Source: Nitrospirota bacterium
Lineage (GTDB): Bacteria > Nitrospirota > Thermodesulfovibrionia > Thermodesulfovibrionales > Dissulfurispiraceae
Direction: 5' to 3'
Assembly (NCBI GenBank): GCA_963710375.1
Contig: CAVPZX010000009.1
Location: 1-64,000 of the forward strand
DNA: 64,000 nucleotides
The position numbers were made by a program, and so were the translations under genes. The notes below the pieces were generated by a model. The model was not told where the DNA came from. It searched no databases and was given only the letters and a program-made list of their open reading frames with translations. Below are positions 20,613 to 31,068 of this stretch, piece after piece; the stretch's first letter is position 1, and each line of letters begins with the position of its first letter.

Positions 20613-21638
20613 CTAGATATTTCGGCTGCTCAGTTCATGTACTGCATCCACCATCGCAACAGCGTTGTCAACCGGCGTCTCGGGAAGTATTCCGTGGCCG
20701 AGATTAAAGACATGGCCCTTTGCGCCACGTGCACCGCCCAGTATTCCGGAGACCCTGTCCTTTATCAGATCCTTAGTCCCAAAAAGGATGCAGGGATCGA
20801 GGTTGCCCTGGACTGCCACATTACCGCCCAGTGTGTCAACCGCCTCTCTCATATCGATCCTCCAGTCAAGTCCAAGCACGTCAGCTCCAGAATCCTCAAT
20901 GCGCTTGAGCATGGCGCTCCCGTTAAACGCAAAGTAAATAACCGGGACCTTACCCTTGAAAGCAGAGACAATCTGCTGCACGTACGGCAATGCAAAGCGC
21001 TCAAAATCAACGGGGGAGAGGATGCCCGCCCATGAATCGAAGACCTGGACCGCGTGGACCCCGGCATCTATCTGTGACTGAAGGTAGTTGATCACAGTGG
21101 CCGTAATTTTTTTCATCAAAGACTCGAACAGCTCCGGCGCCCGGTACATCATTTTCTTCGTATTAATAAAATTCTTCGAACTGCCGCCTTCTATCATATA
21201 TGTGGCAAGTGTGAATGGTGCGCCGGAAAATCCGATAAGGGGAACTTCCAATGCACCTATAAGAATCTTTATGGCATCAGCAACAAAGGGCACGTCCGCC
21301 CCGGCCTCAATAGTCCTTAGCCGGGAGACAGCCTTTGCGTCCCGCACAGGGTCATGCAGTATAGGGCCCTTTGATTCCGAAAATTCGAGCTTCATACCCA
21401 TGGGCTCGATTGGAACAAGAATATCCGAAAAAAGTATTGCAACATCGACCTTGAGGATATCCACGGGCTGGATAGTTACTTCAGCGGCGAGTTCTGGTGT
21501 CTTACAGAGCGTCAGGAAATCAACCTTTGTCCGCACTTTTTGATATTCAGGGAGATACCTCCCTGCCTGTCTCATAAGCCACACTGGGGTATAACCCGTC
21601 TTTTCGCCCCTGCACGCCTTCAGAAATGTATCATTCAT
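20613..21638 (-). CDS. hemE: Uroporphyrinogen decarboxylase
   Basis: [31 protein letters not shown]. Confidence 0.97.
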   Translation of the reverse strand: MNDTFLKACRGEKTGYTPVWLMRQAGRYLPEYQKVRTKVDFLTLCKTPELAAEVTIQPVDILKVDVAILFSDILVPIEPMGMKLEFSESKGPILHDPVRDAKAVSRLRTIEAGADVPFVADAIKILIGALEVPLIGFSGAPFTLATYMIEGGSSKNFINTKKMMYRAPELFESLMKKITATVINYLQSQIDAGVHAVQVFDSWAGILSPVDFERFALPYVQQIVSAFKGKVPVIYFAFNGSAMLKRIEDSGADVLGLDWRIDMREAVDTLGGNVAVQGNLDPCILFGTKDLIKDRVSGILGGARGAKGHVFNLGHGILPETPVDNAVAMVDAVHELSSRNI

Positions 21639-22738
21639 AAACTTCCTCTTTTCTTAACCTCAACCTCAGCCTTAACCTTTTTCATTTTAAGCGGTACGTA
21701 GCTGCAAAACGGCTCTTCAGCAAGGTAGTCGCCGTATATTGAATAAGCCCTCGCCCTGCACCCGCCGCATACGTTGATGTACTCGCAGGAACCGCACCTT
21801 CCCTTGTATTTCTTGAAATCCCTCATTTCCCTGAACAGTTCGGAATTCTCCCAGATGTCCTTGAAAGACTGCTCTCTTATGTTCCCTGCCGGTTTCGGGA
21901 AGTAGCTGCAGGGCAAAACATTTCCATCCACGTCAATGAGGCATATAAGCTGTCCTGCCAGGCATCCCTTGGCGCCGCCAGTCGAAAATTTCAGCGTGCG
22001 CCGTTCAAAGCCGGCGCCTCCCTCTTCCTTTGATTTCTGAAGGACAACCCTGTAGTAGTGCGGCGCACATGTAGGACGCACCAGCAGATCATGCTCGTCC
22101 TTTTCCATATGGTAATGCCAGTCGAGGATTTTATCGTAATCCTCTTTTGATATCAGCTCGGCCATGATATCCTCACCCCTCCCTGTAGGCACAATCATAA
22201 ACATGTACCATGCAGTGGCGCCAAGCTCCTTTGCGAGCCTGTAAATTCCGGGGATATCTTCCTGGTTGCGTTTAGTAAAAGACGAATTAATAATGAATTC
22301 GATGCCGTTTTTCTTAAATAGCCTTGCGGCGTTTACTGTTCCTTCAAAAGCGCCCCTTTCATTCCTGAAGTTGTCATGTACAGCGGCAGTCGCACCGTCC
22401 AGGCTCATGGATACTATCCTGATGCCCGAGGCTTTTATTTTGTCGCATACTTCGTCGGAAACAAGGGTACCGTTGGTTGCCAGGCACATCCTGAGTCCTT
22501 TGTCGCTTCCATAGCGGGCTATATCAAATACATCTTTTCTTAGAAGGGGCTCCCCTCCGGACAGCACCACCACAGGCTTTGCATACCCTGCGATGTCATC
22601 CAGTACGCGGTAAGCCTCCCCGGTAGGGAAGTCCTGGTGTCCCTTTATCTCCATTTCCGATGAAGAACGGCAGTGAACACATCTAAGATTACAACGCCTG
22701 GTGATTTCCCAGGCTATCCATTTAGGCGTAAATTCCAC
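21635..22738 (-). CDS. ahbD: Radical SAM/SPASM protein, AhbD (Fe-coproporphyrin decarboxylase)-like
   Basis: [38 protein letters not shown]...CGGCRARAY; overlaps hemE. Confidence 0.72.
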   Translation of the reverse strand: MEFTPKWIAWEITRRCNLRCVHCRSSSEMEIKGHQDFPTGEAYRVLDDIAGYAKPVVVLSGGEPLLRKDVFDIARYGSDKGLRMCLATNGTLVSDEVCDKIKASGIRIVSMSLDGATAAVHDNFRNERGAFEGTVNAARLFKKNGIEFIINSSFTKRNQEDIPGIYRLAKELGATAWYMFMIVPTGRGEDIMAELISKEDYDKILDWHYHMEKDEHDLLVRPTCAPHYYRVVLQKSKEEGGAGFERRTLKFSTGGAKGCLAGQLICLIDVDGNVLPCSYFPKPAGNIREQSFKDIWENSELFREMRDFKKYKGRCGSCEYINVCGGCRARAYSIYGDYLAEEPFCSYVPLKMKKVKAEVEVKKRGSL

Positions 22739-22791
22739 AGTTATTATTATACATTAAAAGACCATCAAACATCGCTTCATGCCCTCTACTG

Positions 22792-24438
22792 TCAGACTTC
22801 ACGCTCGGCGCATAACATCTGCCGGTCCTTCTCCCATATGCCCTGCTCAACCGCCTTTAATAACGGTGCCAGAGTTTCAGGCTGCTTTGAGGACACGGCA
22901 ACCGCATTATACCGCGCCTCCATGTATGCCGCTTCATCTTTAGCCACCTTATCGAGTTTGTTGAAAACAAGCAGCCTGGGCTTGCCGTCAAGCTTGAGGT
23001 CCTTTAAAATGTTCTCGACTGACGCAATCTGTTGCTCATGGCGGGGGCTGGCCATATCGACCAGATGAATAAGCAGGTCAGCATCTTCAAGCTCTTCGAG
23101 GGTCGCTTTAAAAGCGGCAAACAGGTCCCTGGGGAGGTCCCTGATGAACCCGACAGTGTCAGTTATAATGATCTCCCTCTCTCGGGGGAACCTCAGCCTC
23201 CTGCTTGCGGTATCGAGCGTGGCGAACATCTTGTCCTCAACAATTGTGGAACTCCTGGTCAATGTATTCAACAGCGTCAACTTGCCGGCGTTGGTGTATC
23301 CTATTATCGAAACGATGGGGACCCTGTTTCCAACCCTTCTCTGCTTACGCTGCCTCCGTGCCTCGCTGAGTATCTTCAGTTCCTTTTCAAGCCTTGCTAT
23401 CCTGTCACGTATACGCCGCCTGTCGAGCTCGAGCTTCATTTCTCCAGGTCCCCTGCCGCCTATGCCTCCCATCAGCCTTGACATGGCTGTCCCCTTGCCT
23501 GTCAGACGCGGCAGCATGTATTTGAGCTGCGCAAGTTCAACCTGTGCTTTACCGTCACGGCTGTGCGCCCTTCTTGCAAATATGTCAAGAATAAGCTGAG
23601 ACCTGTCTATGACCTTAAGCTCCGTCGTATCGGTTATCGCACGTATCTGAGAAGGGGCCAGGTCCTGGTCGAAAACAAGCAACGTAGCGCCTTTTTCCAT
23701 GGCATTAATTACAATTTCCCTGAGTTTTCCCTCGCCCAGCAGGTATTTGGGGTTGACCGCTTTCAGCCTCTGTATGACTGTATCGAGTACGGCCAAATCA
23801 CTCGATTGGGCCAGTTCCTTTAATTCCTCCATGGAATCTTCCATCCCGTAACGTGGTCCCGTCGATGCGCTTACCAGAATTGTGCGCTCCCGCTGATCAT
23901 TTTGGTCTATTACCCTGGACCTGTCCATTTCATCTTCAAGGGATCGGACGAAACTGTTGAAATCCAGATCAAAACGATAAAAGTCCTCTGTTATCGTTTC
24001 ATATTTTTTTGGGGAACCATAGGGCATTAGATAGGCTGCATAAATTTTATGAGGGAGGCTGCCTTTAATGCTTATTGCTGCTATCATGTCGAATCTGAGA
24101 AGGACCAGGTCTGACAAATCCTCATTATTCAACGGTTCATCCTTGAGGTGTGTATGGATATATCGAAGGCCTCTCAGCGCCTTCCGGCCCAGCGGATAAG
24201 CATCGAGTTCAGGGATAAAGACGCTGTTAGCGTCGCCGACAATGACATGAGTTATCGAACCGTTCCTTGCACTGATAATGCCTATTTGTCTGCCAAGATC
24301 ATTAGAAAGCCCCGCAATGTATTTGGCCAACTCAGGGGTAATTAAAGCTCCGGCGGGGATTTTCCTGCGATAAATCCTTTCAAGGGAAGAGATGAGATGC
24401 TTCTTTAAACCTGTTATGTTTCCGTGAATAGCTGCGAT
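22792..24438 (-). CDS. hflX: GTPase HflX, long form with N-terminal extension
   Basis: LILDIFARRA, GGIGGRGPGE, GYTNAGK, FATLD, DTVGFI, NKLD; start inferred at ATC 24438. Confidence 0.92.
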   Translation of the reverse strand: MAAIHGNITGLKKHLISSLERIYRRKIPAGALITPELAKYIAGLSNDLGRQIGIISARNGSITHVIVGDANSVFIPELDAYPLGRKALRGLRYIHTHLKDEPLNNEDLSDLVLLRFDMIAAISIKGSLPHKIYAAYLMPYGSPKKYETITEDFYRFDLDFNSFVRSLEDEMDRSRVIDQNDQRERTILVSASTGPRYGMEDSMEELKELAQSSDLAVLDTVIQRLKAVNPKYLLGEGKLREIVINAMEKGATLLVFDQDLAPSQIRAITDTTELKVIDRSQLILDIFARRAHSRDGKAQVELAQLKYMLPRLTGKGTAMSRLMGGIGGRGPGEMKLELDRRRIRDRIARLEKELKILSEARRQRKQRRVGNRVPIVSIIGYTNAGKLTLLNTLTRSSTIVEDKMFATLDTASRRLRFPREREIIITDTVGFIRDLPRDLFAAFKATLEELEDADLLIHLVDMASPRHEQQIASVENILKDLKLDGKPRLLVFNKLDKVAKDEAAYMEARYNAVAVSSKQPETLAPLLKAVEQGIWEKDRQMLCAEREV

Positions 24439-24543
24439 AGTATCCTCCTTTTTAATATTATCAGAGAGAAAACCATCTTGACAACAAAACAAAGAGGTTA
24501 TAGGCTATAGGTAATTAAGCTTTTCGTAACAGGAGGAGGCACT

Positions 24544-24798
24544 ATGGGCTACACACAAGTCGCTTTGGAGGACAAGGTACTGGCAATGTACCCGGAGATA
24601 ACAAAACACGGCATATCATTGGGAATGAACTTTGACGCTGGCAAAAACGCCTGGATTCTGAAACTCCGTAAGGGCGCTAATGAACTTACAACCCATCTCG
24701 AAAAGAAAGATGCCGATGAATGCATGAATAATATAAAATGCGTCTATCTTGGAGTGCAACTGGCGCAGTTCATCAAGAATTTCGAAGAGAGAAAATAG
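24544..24798 (+). CDS. Small hypothetical protein (84 aa)
   Basis: Strong RBS AGGAGG; clean ORF followed by a hairpin. Confidence 0.75.
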   Translation: MGYTQVALEDKVLAMYPEITKHGISLGMNFDAGKNAWILKLRKGANELTTHLEKKDADECMNNIKCVYLGVQLAQFIKNFEERK

Positions 24799-24807
24799 AC
24801 CTTATAT

Positions 24808-24834
24808 AGGGTTCGCGAATAATTCGCGAGCCCT
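24808..24834. terminator. Hairpin between convergent genes (REP-like or bidirectional terminator)
   Basis: AGGGTTCGCGAAT-A-ATTCGCGAGCCCT. Confidence 0.6.
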
Positions 24835-25460
24835 TACTTACGCAAGTCCCTGAAATAACGGTAAAGAAGGTAGACTGCCAGCGCGATTGTCAAAAACACG
24901 ACGGCGGCATGCCCTATTTCTTTTACGTTCTTTTTGACAATTTCGAGACTGTTTCCCCCGACATAGCCTGCCCCGATCATTAGTGACATGGTTAAAACAG
25001 CTGAAACAGCATCGGCTGCAACAAACTTTAACGGTGACATTTTCATTGAGCCTGCGGCAAGGAATATCTGGGCCCTCAATACTGCCAGATGCCTTCCGGC
25101 TATGATCAGCCAAATACCTTTTTTCGCGAATTGATCCTTCATAAACTTAAGTCTCTGCAAAGATATGAATTTATGAAATACCGGATGGTTAATGACCGCG
25201 CTGCCGTATTTATTCCCTACAAGAAAAATAAAGAAGTCGGACATAAGCAGACCGGCATATACAACCAGCAGGACAGGGACGGGTTTGACTACCCCTGTAG
25301 AGATAAGAAAACCGCAGAGGATAAGCGTGGCGTCTTCAGGGAACGGCAGGCCCATGCCGCCAAGGATGAGAAGCGCGAACAGTCCAAAATATGGGAATTG
25401 ATCTACAATTCCCGACACCAAGGGCATTAGAGACAGATCATGGGTCATAGTCGAAATCAC
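24834..25460 (-). CDS. DedA family membrane protein
   Basis: GMGLPFPEDATLILCG, GRHLAVLR, AGSMKM. Confidence 0.88.
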   Translation of the reverse strand: MISTMTHDLSLMPLVSGIVDQFPYFGLFALLILGGMGLPFPEDATLILCGFLISTGVVKPVPVLLVVYAGLLMSDFFIFLVGNKYGSAVINHPVFHKFISLQRLKFMKDQFAKKGIWLIIAGRHLAVLRAQIFLAAGSMKMSPLKFVAADAVSAVLTMSLMIGAGYVGGNSLEIVKKNVKEIGHAAVVFLTIALAVYLLYRYFRDLRK

Positions 25461-25461
25461 C

Positions 25462-25548
25462 GAAGATGAGAAGATGAGAACTTGTGAAGGTGTGAACTCC
25501 TGAAAGTTGGTTCGCTCACCTGCGCAACTTCACAACTTCTCACCTTCA
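25462..25548. repeat. Octamer-repeat hairpin (GAAGATGA-like versus TCACCTTC-like)
   Basis: GAAGATGAGAAGATGAGAACTTGTGAAGGTGTGAA...TTCACAACTTCTCACCTTC. Confidence 0.6.
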
Positions 25549-25554
25549 AGCTTT

Positions 25555-26724
25555 TTACAGGACAAAGTCAAATTCTTTCTCTGTATCTCCAAACAGAAAG
25601 ACCTTCCTGAGCACCTTCACCTTCAGCAGGTCGCCCTTCTTTTTATAGAGAAGTTCTATCCTTACATCGTCAATAGTTTTAACAGGAACATTGTCGATCG
25701 AGAGAATGACATCCCCATCCTTCAGCCCAGCCTTCTCCGAAATGCTTCCCTGGGGAAAATCAGTAATGGTAAGCTTCCCCTGGATGTCATCCAGCATGAC
25801 CATCATTTTAGGGGTAGTTACGCCCTCCTCCGGCTCGGGATAGATAAGGTAATCCGCGATGTCCCTTTCGATATCAATGTCATTAAGAATAATGGCATAG
25901 TCCAGGCCGTCTCTTCTAAACGTCCTCTTGGGGATCCCTGAACCGAAAGAAAGATGTCCGCTGCCGGCAATAACAACCACCTGCCCATCTTTCTGAAAAT
26001 CCGGCCTGCTCTTCAGGAAATCATCAATAGATTGCGACATGAACTCATCCCAGAGGATTTGCGACTGATAAAAAAAGTCGAAGTTCTTCTCCTTAAAGCC
26101 GCTGTGTTTTTGGAAAATATCAAGCAGTCTTTTTTTGTAGTCCTCATTAGAGAAGTCCATATGTGGAGGTATTTCTTTTTTTTCTTCTTCAGAAAGTGAA
26201 TCGATCCCTCCTTTTGAGACCTTATCGACAATTTCATTCTGTATGTTAAGCGCAATTACCGGGATTTTTTCTTCTCTCGCATAAGTAAGGATCGGCCTGT
26301 AGAGATTATAATCGAAACCCCACCGCTTAAAATATTCCGTACCTTTGAGCATGGACCTCTCGTCAATTGTTCCGGCTATATATTCGTCAAGCACTTTCTG
26401 AAAAGGCCTCTGAAACATCTCCATACCTATAGCTATTTTTCTATTTTTCCGGTGCAGGGCCCTTATGACCTCCAGTTGCACAGTATGATTTGAAAAACGG
26501 TCATGGTATTCTCCCACATACACTATCCTCTTGCCCGAAATGCGCGAAACTACATCCGGCAGAGACATGATGGTAGAAACATCAACAGCTATGGTCTGAT
26601 CCTTATGCTCCATGCTCATTGCGCTTTCGGTTCCTTCCACTTTCTTTGATATTCGGTCACCGGCATTAGCCATGCCCGGCATAAAAAAAAGAATAAAGAG
26701 AAGAAAAAAACAATATCGAATCAT
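25555..26724 (-). CDS. ChaN/PhuW-like (EreA/ChaN) exported protein with C-terminal PDZ domain
   Basis: Signal peptide, VYVGEYHD, GMEMF, QILWDEFM, IAGSGH; SEKAGLKDGDVILSID. Confidence 0.82.
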   Translation of the reverse strand: MIRYCFFLLFILFFMPGMANAGDRISKKVEGTESAMSMEHKDQTIAVDVSTIMSLPDVVSRISGKRIVYVGEYHDRFSNHTVQLEVIRALHRKNRKIAIGMEMFQRPFQKVLDEYIAGTIDERSMLKGTEYFKRWGFDYNLYRPILTYAREEKIPVIALNIQNEIVDKVSKGGIDSLSEEEKKEIPPHMDFSNEDYKKRLLDIFQKHSGFKEKNFDFFYQSQILWDEFMSQSIDDFLKSRPDFQKDGQVVVIAGSGHLSFGSGIPKRTFRRDGLDYAIILNDIDIERDIADYLIYPEPEEGVTTPKMMVMLDDIQGKLTITDFPQGSISEKAGLKDGDVILSIDNVPVKTIDDVRIELLYKKKGDLLKVKVLRKVFLFGDTEKEFDFVL

Positions 26725-26779
26725 TACGGTAATTATACAATATATTGCGCCTTGACATCATTTTATGTGAAAAACTAAA

Positions 26780-28288
26780 ATGATGAGGAAATCCATGAAA
26801 GCACTACTTATTTATCCTGAATTCCCGAATACCTTTTGGAGTTTCAGGTATGCCCTGAAATTCATTCACCGAAAGGCGAGCAGTCCACCACTCGGGTTGT
26901 TGACTATAGCAGCGATGCTTCCTGAAGCGTGGGAGAAAAGACTTGTCGACATGAACGTGGAAAGCCTGGATGACGAGGACGTGAAGTGGGCAGATCTCGT
27001 ATTTTTGAGCGCTATGTCTGTCCAGAAGGAATCGGTTAACAGAGTGATTGAGAAATGCAAGGCCGCAGGCGTCAGGATTGTCGCCGGAGGTCCACTCTTC
27101 ACGACAGAATATGAGGACTTTGGGAATGTAGACCATCTGGTGCTGAACGAGGCCGAAATCACCATGCCCCGTTTCCTGGAAGATTTCCGAAATGGCGATG
27201 CAGGCCATTTCTATACAACTGATCAGTGGGCGGACATACGGAATACACCCATACCTCTATGGGGTCTTATTAATATGAAGCACTATGCCTCAATCAATAT
27301 TCAGTATTCCCGTGGATGCCCCTTCAACTGCGAGTTCTGCGACATTACTTTGCTTTGCGGTCGGAGGCCCCGCACAAAAGATAAGGACCAGGTCATCGCT
27401 GAACTGGAGAGTGTTTACGCGTCAGGATTCAGGGGCCAGGTCTTCTTTGTTGACGACAATTTTATCGGGAACAAGAAAAAGCTGAAGGAGGAGATACTTC
27501 CAGCCGTCATCGAATGGATGGAAAGGAGAAGGCATCCCTTCTCCTTCAATACACAGGCATCCATAGAACTGTCCGATCATAAAGATCTCATGGAGATGAT
27601 GGTCGGTGCGGGATTCGACGTCGTCTTCATCGGCATCGAGACGCCGCATGAGCAGAGTCTTGCAGAGTGCAGCAAATTCCAGAACAAGGACCGCGATCTC
27701 CTCGCAAGTGTGAGGAATATCCAGAAGTCCGGCCTAGAGGTGCAGGGTGGATTCATTGTAGGTTTCGACAGCGACCCCCTCACGATTTTCGATACCCAGA
27801 TCAAGTTCATCCAGAAAAGCGGGGTCGTCACGGCCATGGTCGGCTTACTCATTGCCCTTCCGCGCACGCAGCTTTACGAGAGGCTCAAAAAGGAGCAGCG
27901 GCTGCTGCTGAAAGATTCCTCGGGGGACAATACGGATTTCTCGACAAATTTTATACCCAGGATGGAGTATGACCTGCTGATCAGCGGCTACAAAAAGGTC
28001 CTCAGCACCCTGTATGCTCCAAGACACTATTACAAAAGGATCAGGACATTCCTGAGGGAATACATGCCACCGCGGAAAAAATCCTTTCATTTCCGGTTCA
28101 ACTACATTTCCGCATTCATCAGGTCTATCATTGTTCTGGGACTCCTCGGGAAAGAGAGATTTCATTATTGGAGGCTTTTGTTCTGGACCATGTTCAGCCG
28201 TCCCCGCCTCCTTCCACAGGCCATCACCCTCTCGATCTACGGTTTCCATTTCCGCAAGATCTTTGAGGAACGTCTTAAGAAACAGTAG
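26780..28288 (+). CDS. B12-binding radical SAM protein (DUF4070-type)
   Basis: PPLGLLTIAA, SRGCPFNCEFC, FFVDDNFIG, GGFIVGFDSD. Confidence 0.9.
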   Translation: MMRKSMKALLIYPEFPNTFWSFRYALKFIHRKASSPPLGLLTIAAMLPEAWEKRLVDMNVESLDDEDVKWADLVFLSAMSVQKESVNRVIEKCKAAGVRIVAGGPLFTTEYEDFGNVDHLVLNEAEITMPRFLEDFRNGDAGHFYTTDQWADIRNTPIPLWGLINMKHYASINIQYSRGCPFNCEFCDITLLCGRRPRTKDKDQVIAELESVYASGFRGQVFFVDDNFIGNKKKLKEEILPAVIEWMERRRHPFSFNTQASIELSDHKDLMEMMVGAGFDVVFIGIETPHEQSLAECSKFQNKDRDLLASVRNIQKSGLEVQGGFIVGFDSDPLTIFDTQIKFIQKSGVVTAMVGLLIALPRTQLYERLKKEQRLLLKDSSGDNTDFSTNFIPRMEYDLLISGYKKVLSTLYAPRHYYKRIRTFLREYMPPRKKSFHFRFNYISAFIRSIIVLGLLGKERFHYWRLLFWTMFSRPRLLPQAITLSIYGFHFRKIFEERLKKQ

Positions 28289-28334
28289 AGGGAAAAAACC
28301 GCAAAGATATCATTTCATCTATAAGGAGGCTAAG

Positions 28335-29456
28335 ATGTCAAAAGTTTTTTTTGTTTCCGCGCGGGTGGGAAAATGGCGTTACGAAGAGAGCATGCCTGGA
28401 AAGCTGCAACGGCTGCTCGATGAGGCCCCGCTGTCGGGATACTTCGGACCTGATGAATGGGTTGCGGTCAAGACGCATTTCGGTTCGACGGGCGCTCACC
28501 GGATTGTCAGGCCGGTGTTTCTCAGAAAGGTGGTGGACTCTCTCAAATCAGCAGGGGCCAAACCTTTCGTTACCGACACTGTGAGGATAAAGGGTCTGGA
28601 TTACCTTGACGTAGCTAACGTCAATGGCATCAATCACCTCTCGGTTGGAGCTCCTGTCGTCATAGCAGACGGACTTTACGGAAACGATAACATTATGGTC
28701 AAGTCAGGAGAAATACTTGGAGAGATTGCAGTTGCTTCCCTTATTAACGATGTCCCGGCTATGGTCGTGTGCACACACGTGAAGGGGCATATAATGGCGG
28801 GGTATGCAGGTGCTATCAAGAATGTCGCCATGGGTGGCATCAGCAGCAGCCATCGTACCTGCGGCTGGAAATGCGGACGGGGTGCAATGCACACCATCGG
28901 AGAGGGAAAGCTTGTATGGGACGGCGAGAAGTGTACCCTCTGCTTCCAGTGCGAAGAGGTCTGCCCGCTTGACTGCATCGACTTTAAAGGCAATACATTC
29001 AGTTACGATGACGAGCGGTGCTGGCGATGCGGCAGATGCACGCGGGTATGCCCCGAAGGCGGATTGACGCTACCAGGGGATGATCAGCTTTTCATGAAAG
29101 CGCTTGCCGAGGCGTCGAAGGCAGTGCTCAGCACGTTTCAGCCGAAAAAAGTTATTTACATAAACTTCCTCACCGAGATCCAGCCTGAGTGCGATTGCAT
29201 GCCGGCTGCAGATGTCCCGGTGATACAGGACCTCGGCATACTCTTGTCAGACGACATTGTTGCAATCGAACAGGCTTCCATTGATATGCTCCTGCGAGCA
29301 AAAACACTGCCCTCATCAATTGCCGAGAGCGCTGAAATAAAGGACGGTGAGGATATATTTCTAAAGCTCCACGGAAAGCCCTATGCCATACAAGTTGAAG
29401 AGGCTGAACGGCTAGGGCTCGGCAGCAGGGAGTATGAGTTGATCGAATTAAAATGA
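28335..29456 (+). CDS. DUF362 protein with 2x[4Fe-4S] ferredoxin domain
   Basis: VAVKTHFG, GAIKNVAMG, CTLCFQCEEVCP and CWRCGRCTRVCP, PECDC. Confidence 0.88.
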   Translation: MSKVFFVSARVGKWRYEESMPGKLQRLLDEAPLSGYFGPDEWVAVKTHFGSTGAHRIVRPVFLRKVVDSLKSAGAKPFVTDTVRIKGLDYLDVANVNGINHLSVGAPVVIADGLYGNDNIMVKSGEILGEIAVASLINDVPAMVVCTHVKGHIMAGYAGAIKNVAMGGISSSHRTCGWKCGRGAMHTIGEGKLVWDGEKCTLCFQCEEVCPLDCIDFKGNTFSYDDERCWRCGRCTRVCPEGGLTLPGDDQLFMKALAEASKAVLSTFQPKKVIYINFLTEIQPECDCMPAADVPVIQDLGILLSDDIVAIEQASIDMLLRAKTLPSSIAESAEIKDGEDIFLKLHGKPYAIQVEEAERLGLGSREYELIELK

Positions 29457-29476
29457 AAGTTAAAAGCATGCACTTA

Positions 29477-30034
29477 TTATTTTCTCATCTCCATGTCTTC
29501 TATACATTTTTTTGTTATGGCAATTATGTCCTGAAAATTCCTACTCATACACCCGGCTATTAATTTCTGCGTCATGGCATAATAGATTGAATATAGTTGA
29601 ATGCCCATTTTGACATAATCCCCCGCCTGAGTCATCCTCCAGTTACGCCTCTCTTCAAAAAAGATGCAGATGATGCAGCAGAGGTCAGCGCCTTCTTTCA
29701 GGATATCCGGGTCTTCCTCTTCAATCCCCTGGATTAAATAATCGGTTATATAAAAGCTTGTGAACTTTTTTGAAAGGGTTGCTCCGAGGACGTTTGCAAC
29801 ATACAGGCTGCATCGGAACAGGTCCGCATTGAGCAGCCTGTGGTCTATGATAAATGAGCCTATTTTTGCCTTGAAAAGGTCCTCGAAGCTCACATTCAGG
29901 TGAAAAATGTTGTTATCTTCTGTTCCTATTGCATCTCTTTTGATTTCAGCCACATTTTTAAGCATACTGGTGAAATCGCATTCGAATGCCGCCTTTAACT
30001 TATTCCTGTCCGGCAAAGGAATTACGTGTCCCAT
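29477..30034 (-). CDS. Hypothetical protein
   Basis: 185-aa ORF with GGAGG RBS. Confidence 0.65.
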   Translation of the reverse strand: MGHVIPLPDRNKLKAAFECDFTSMLKNVAEIKRDAIGTEDNNIFHLNVSFEDLFKAKIGSFIIDHRLLNADLFRCSLYVANVLGATLSKKFTSFYITDYLIQGIEEEDPDILKEGADLCCIICIFFEERRNWRMTQAGDYVKMGIQLYSIYYAMTQKLIAGCMSRNFQDIIAITKKCIEDMEMRK

Positions 30035-30173
30035 AGGTCACCTCCATGTTCCCTGTATACATTATCGGCTGAATGCGGTCAATTATTTAATTCCGAAGTT
30101 TTATCGGTGGATGCTTTGAGCGGAACTAATATAATATATTCATGATCAGCTGATATTTAGAGGAGGAGGTTGT

Positions 30174-31061
30174 ATGCGACTAAGGATAGTGGTTGCCGTG
30201 CTTTTTGTTTTAGTGCTTAACGTGGTGTCATGTGCTCCTACTAAAGAGGTGGTGGTACAGCCGCCGCAGCAGAAACCGGCAAAGGTGGCAGTTGTGCTCG
30301 GGGCAGGTGCGTCAAGGGGGTTTGCCCATATAGGTGTGCTTAAGGTGCTTGAGTCGAACAATATCCCGATAAATTTGATAGTCGGTACCAGCGCGGGAAG
30401 TTTTGTCGGAAGCCTCTACGCATATGGATACAATGCCTTCCAGCTCCAAAAGATGGCGATAGATTTGCAGAAGAGCGATATCGTTGATCTCTGCATTCCC
30501 GATAACGGGTTTATTAAGGGAGAACTGCTTGAGGAATATGTCAATAAAATGATAAGAAACACTCCTATCGAGAAACTGAGGACACCGTTTTATGCTGTTG
30601 CCACGAATATTCAGAACGGGCAGGAGGTTATATTCGGCAGCGGCAATACCGGCACTGCGGTTAGGGCAAGCTGCTCGATACCCGGCATATTCAGGCCGGT
30701 CAGGATAGGAAACCGGATGTATGTTGACGGCGGCGTGGTAAGCCCCATCGCCGTAGATGCTGCGAGAAAGATGGGAGCCGACGTGGTTATTGCCGTGGAT
30801 ATATCATCAGACATCGGCAATACTCTGCCGGAGGGCACTATGGACACGATCCTTCAGTCTATCGATGTCATGTACGCAAAGATTTCGGATGCACAGCTTT
30901 CGAAAGCTGATGTCGTTATAAGACCTAAAGTGGGCCTCATCGGGTCAGGCGACTTTGACAAACGTCATGAGGCGATTCTTGAAGGAGAGAAGGCCGCACT
31001 GGAATCTCTGCCCAGGATAAAGGAAATAATAGCCAGGCTCAAGACGGAAGGGAGGTTATAA
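30174..31061 (+). CDS. Patatin-like phospholipase, probable lipoprotein
   Basis: Lipobox-like VVSC, GAGASRG, GTSAG, DGG. Confidence 0.9.
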   Translation: MRLRIVVAVLFVLVLNVVSCAPTKEVVVQPPQQKPAKVAVVLGAGASRGFAHIGVLKVLESNNIPINLIVGTSAGSFVGSLYAYGYNAFQLQKMAIDLQKSDIVDLCIPDNGFIKGELLEEYVNKMIRNTPIEKLRTPFYAVATNIQNGQEVIFGSGNTGTAVRASCSIPGIFRPVRIGNRMYVDGGVVSPIAVDAARKMGADVVIAVDISSDIGNTLPEGTMDTILQSIDVMYAKISDAQLSKADVVIRPKVGLIGSGDFDKRHEAILEGEKAALESLPRIKEIIARLKTEGRL

Positions 31062-31068
31062 CTTTAGG

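Noticed and set aside
28131..28334. N-terminal extension of the DUF362 ORF; similar extensions at 947, 1635, 5085 and 18180
   Set aside because: They overlap upstream genes or promoter regions. Downstream ATGs (28335, 1004, 1800, 5175, 18285) fit better, most with a visible RBS.
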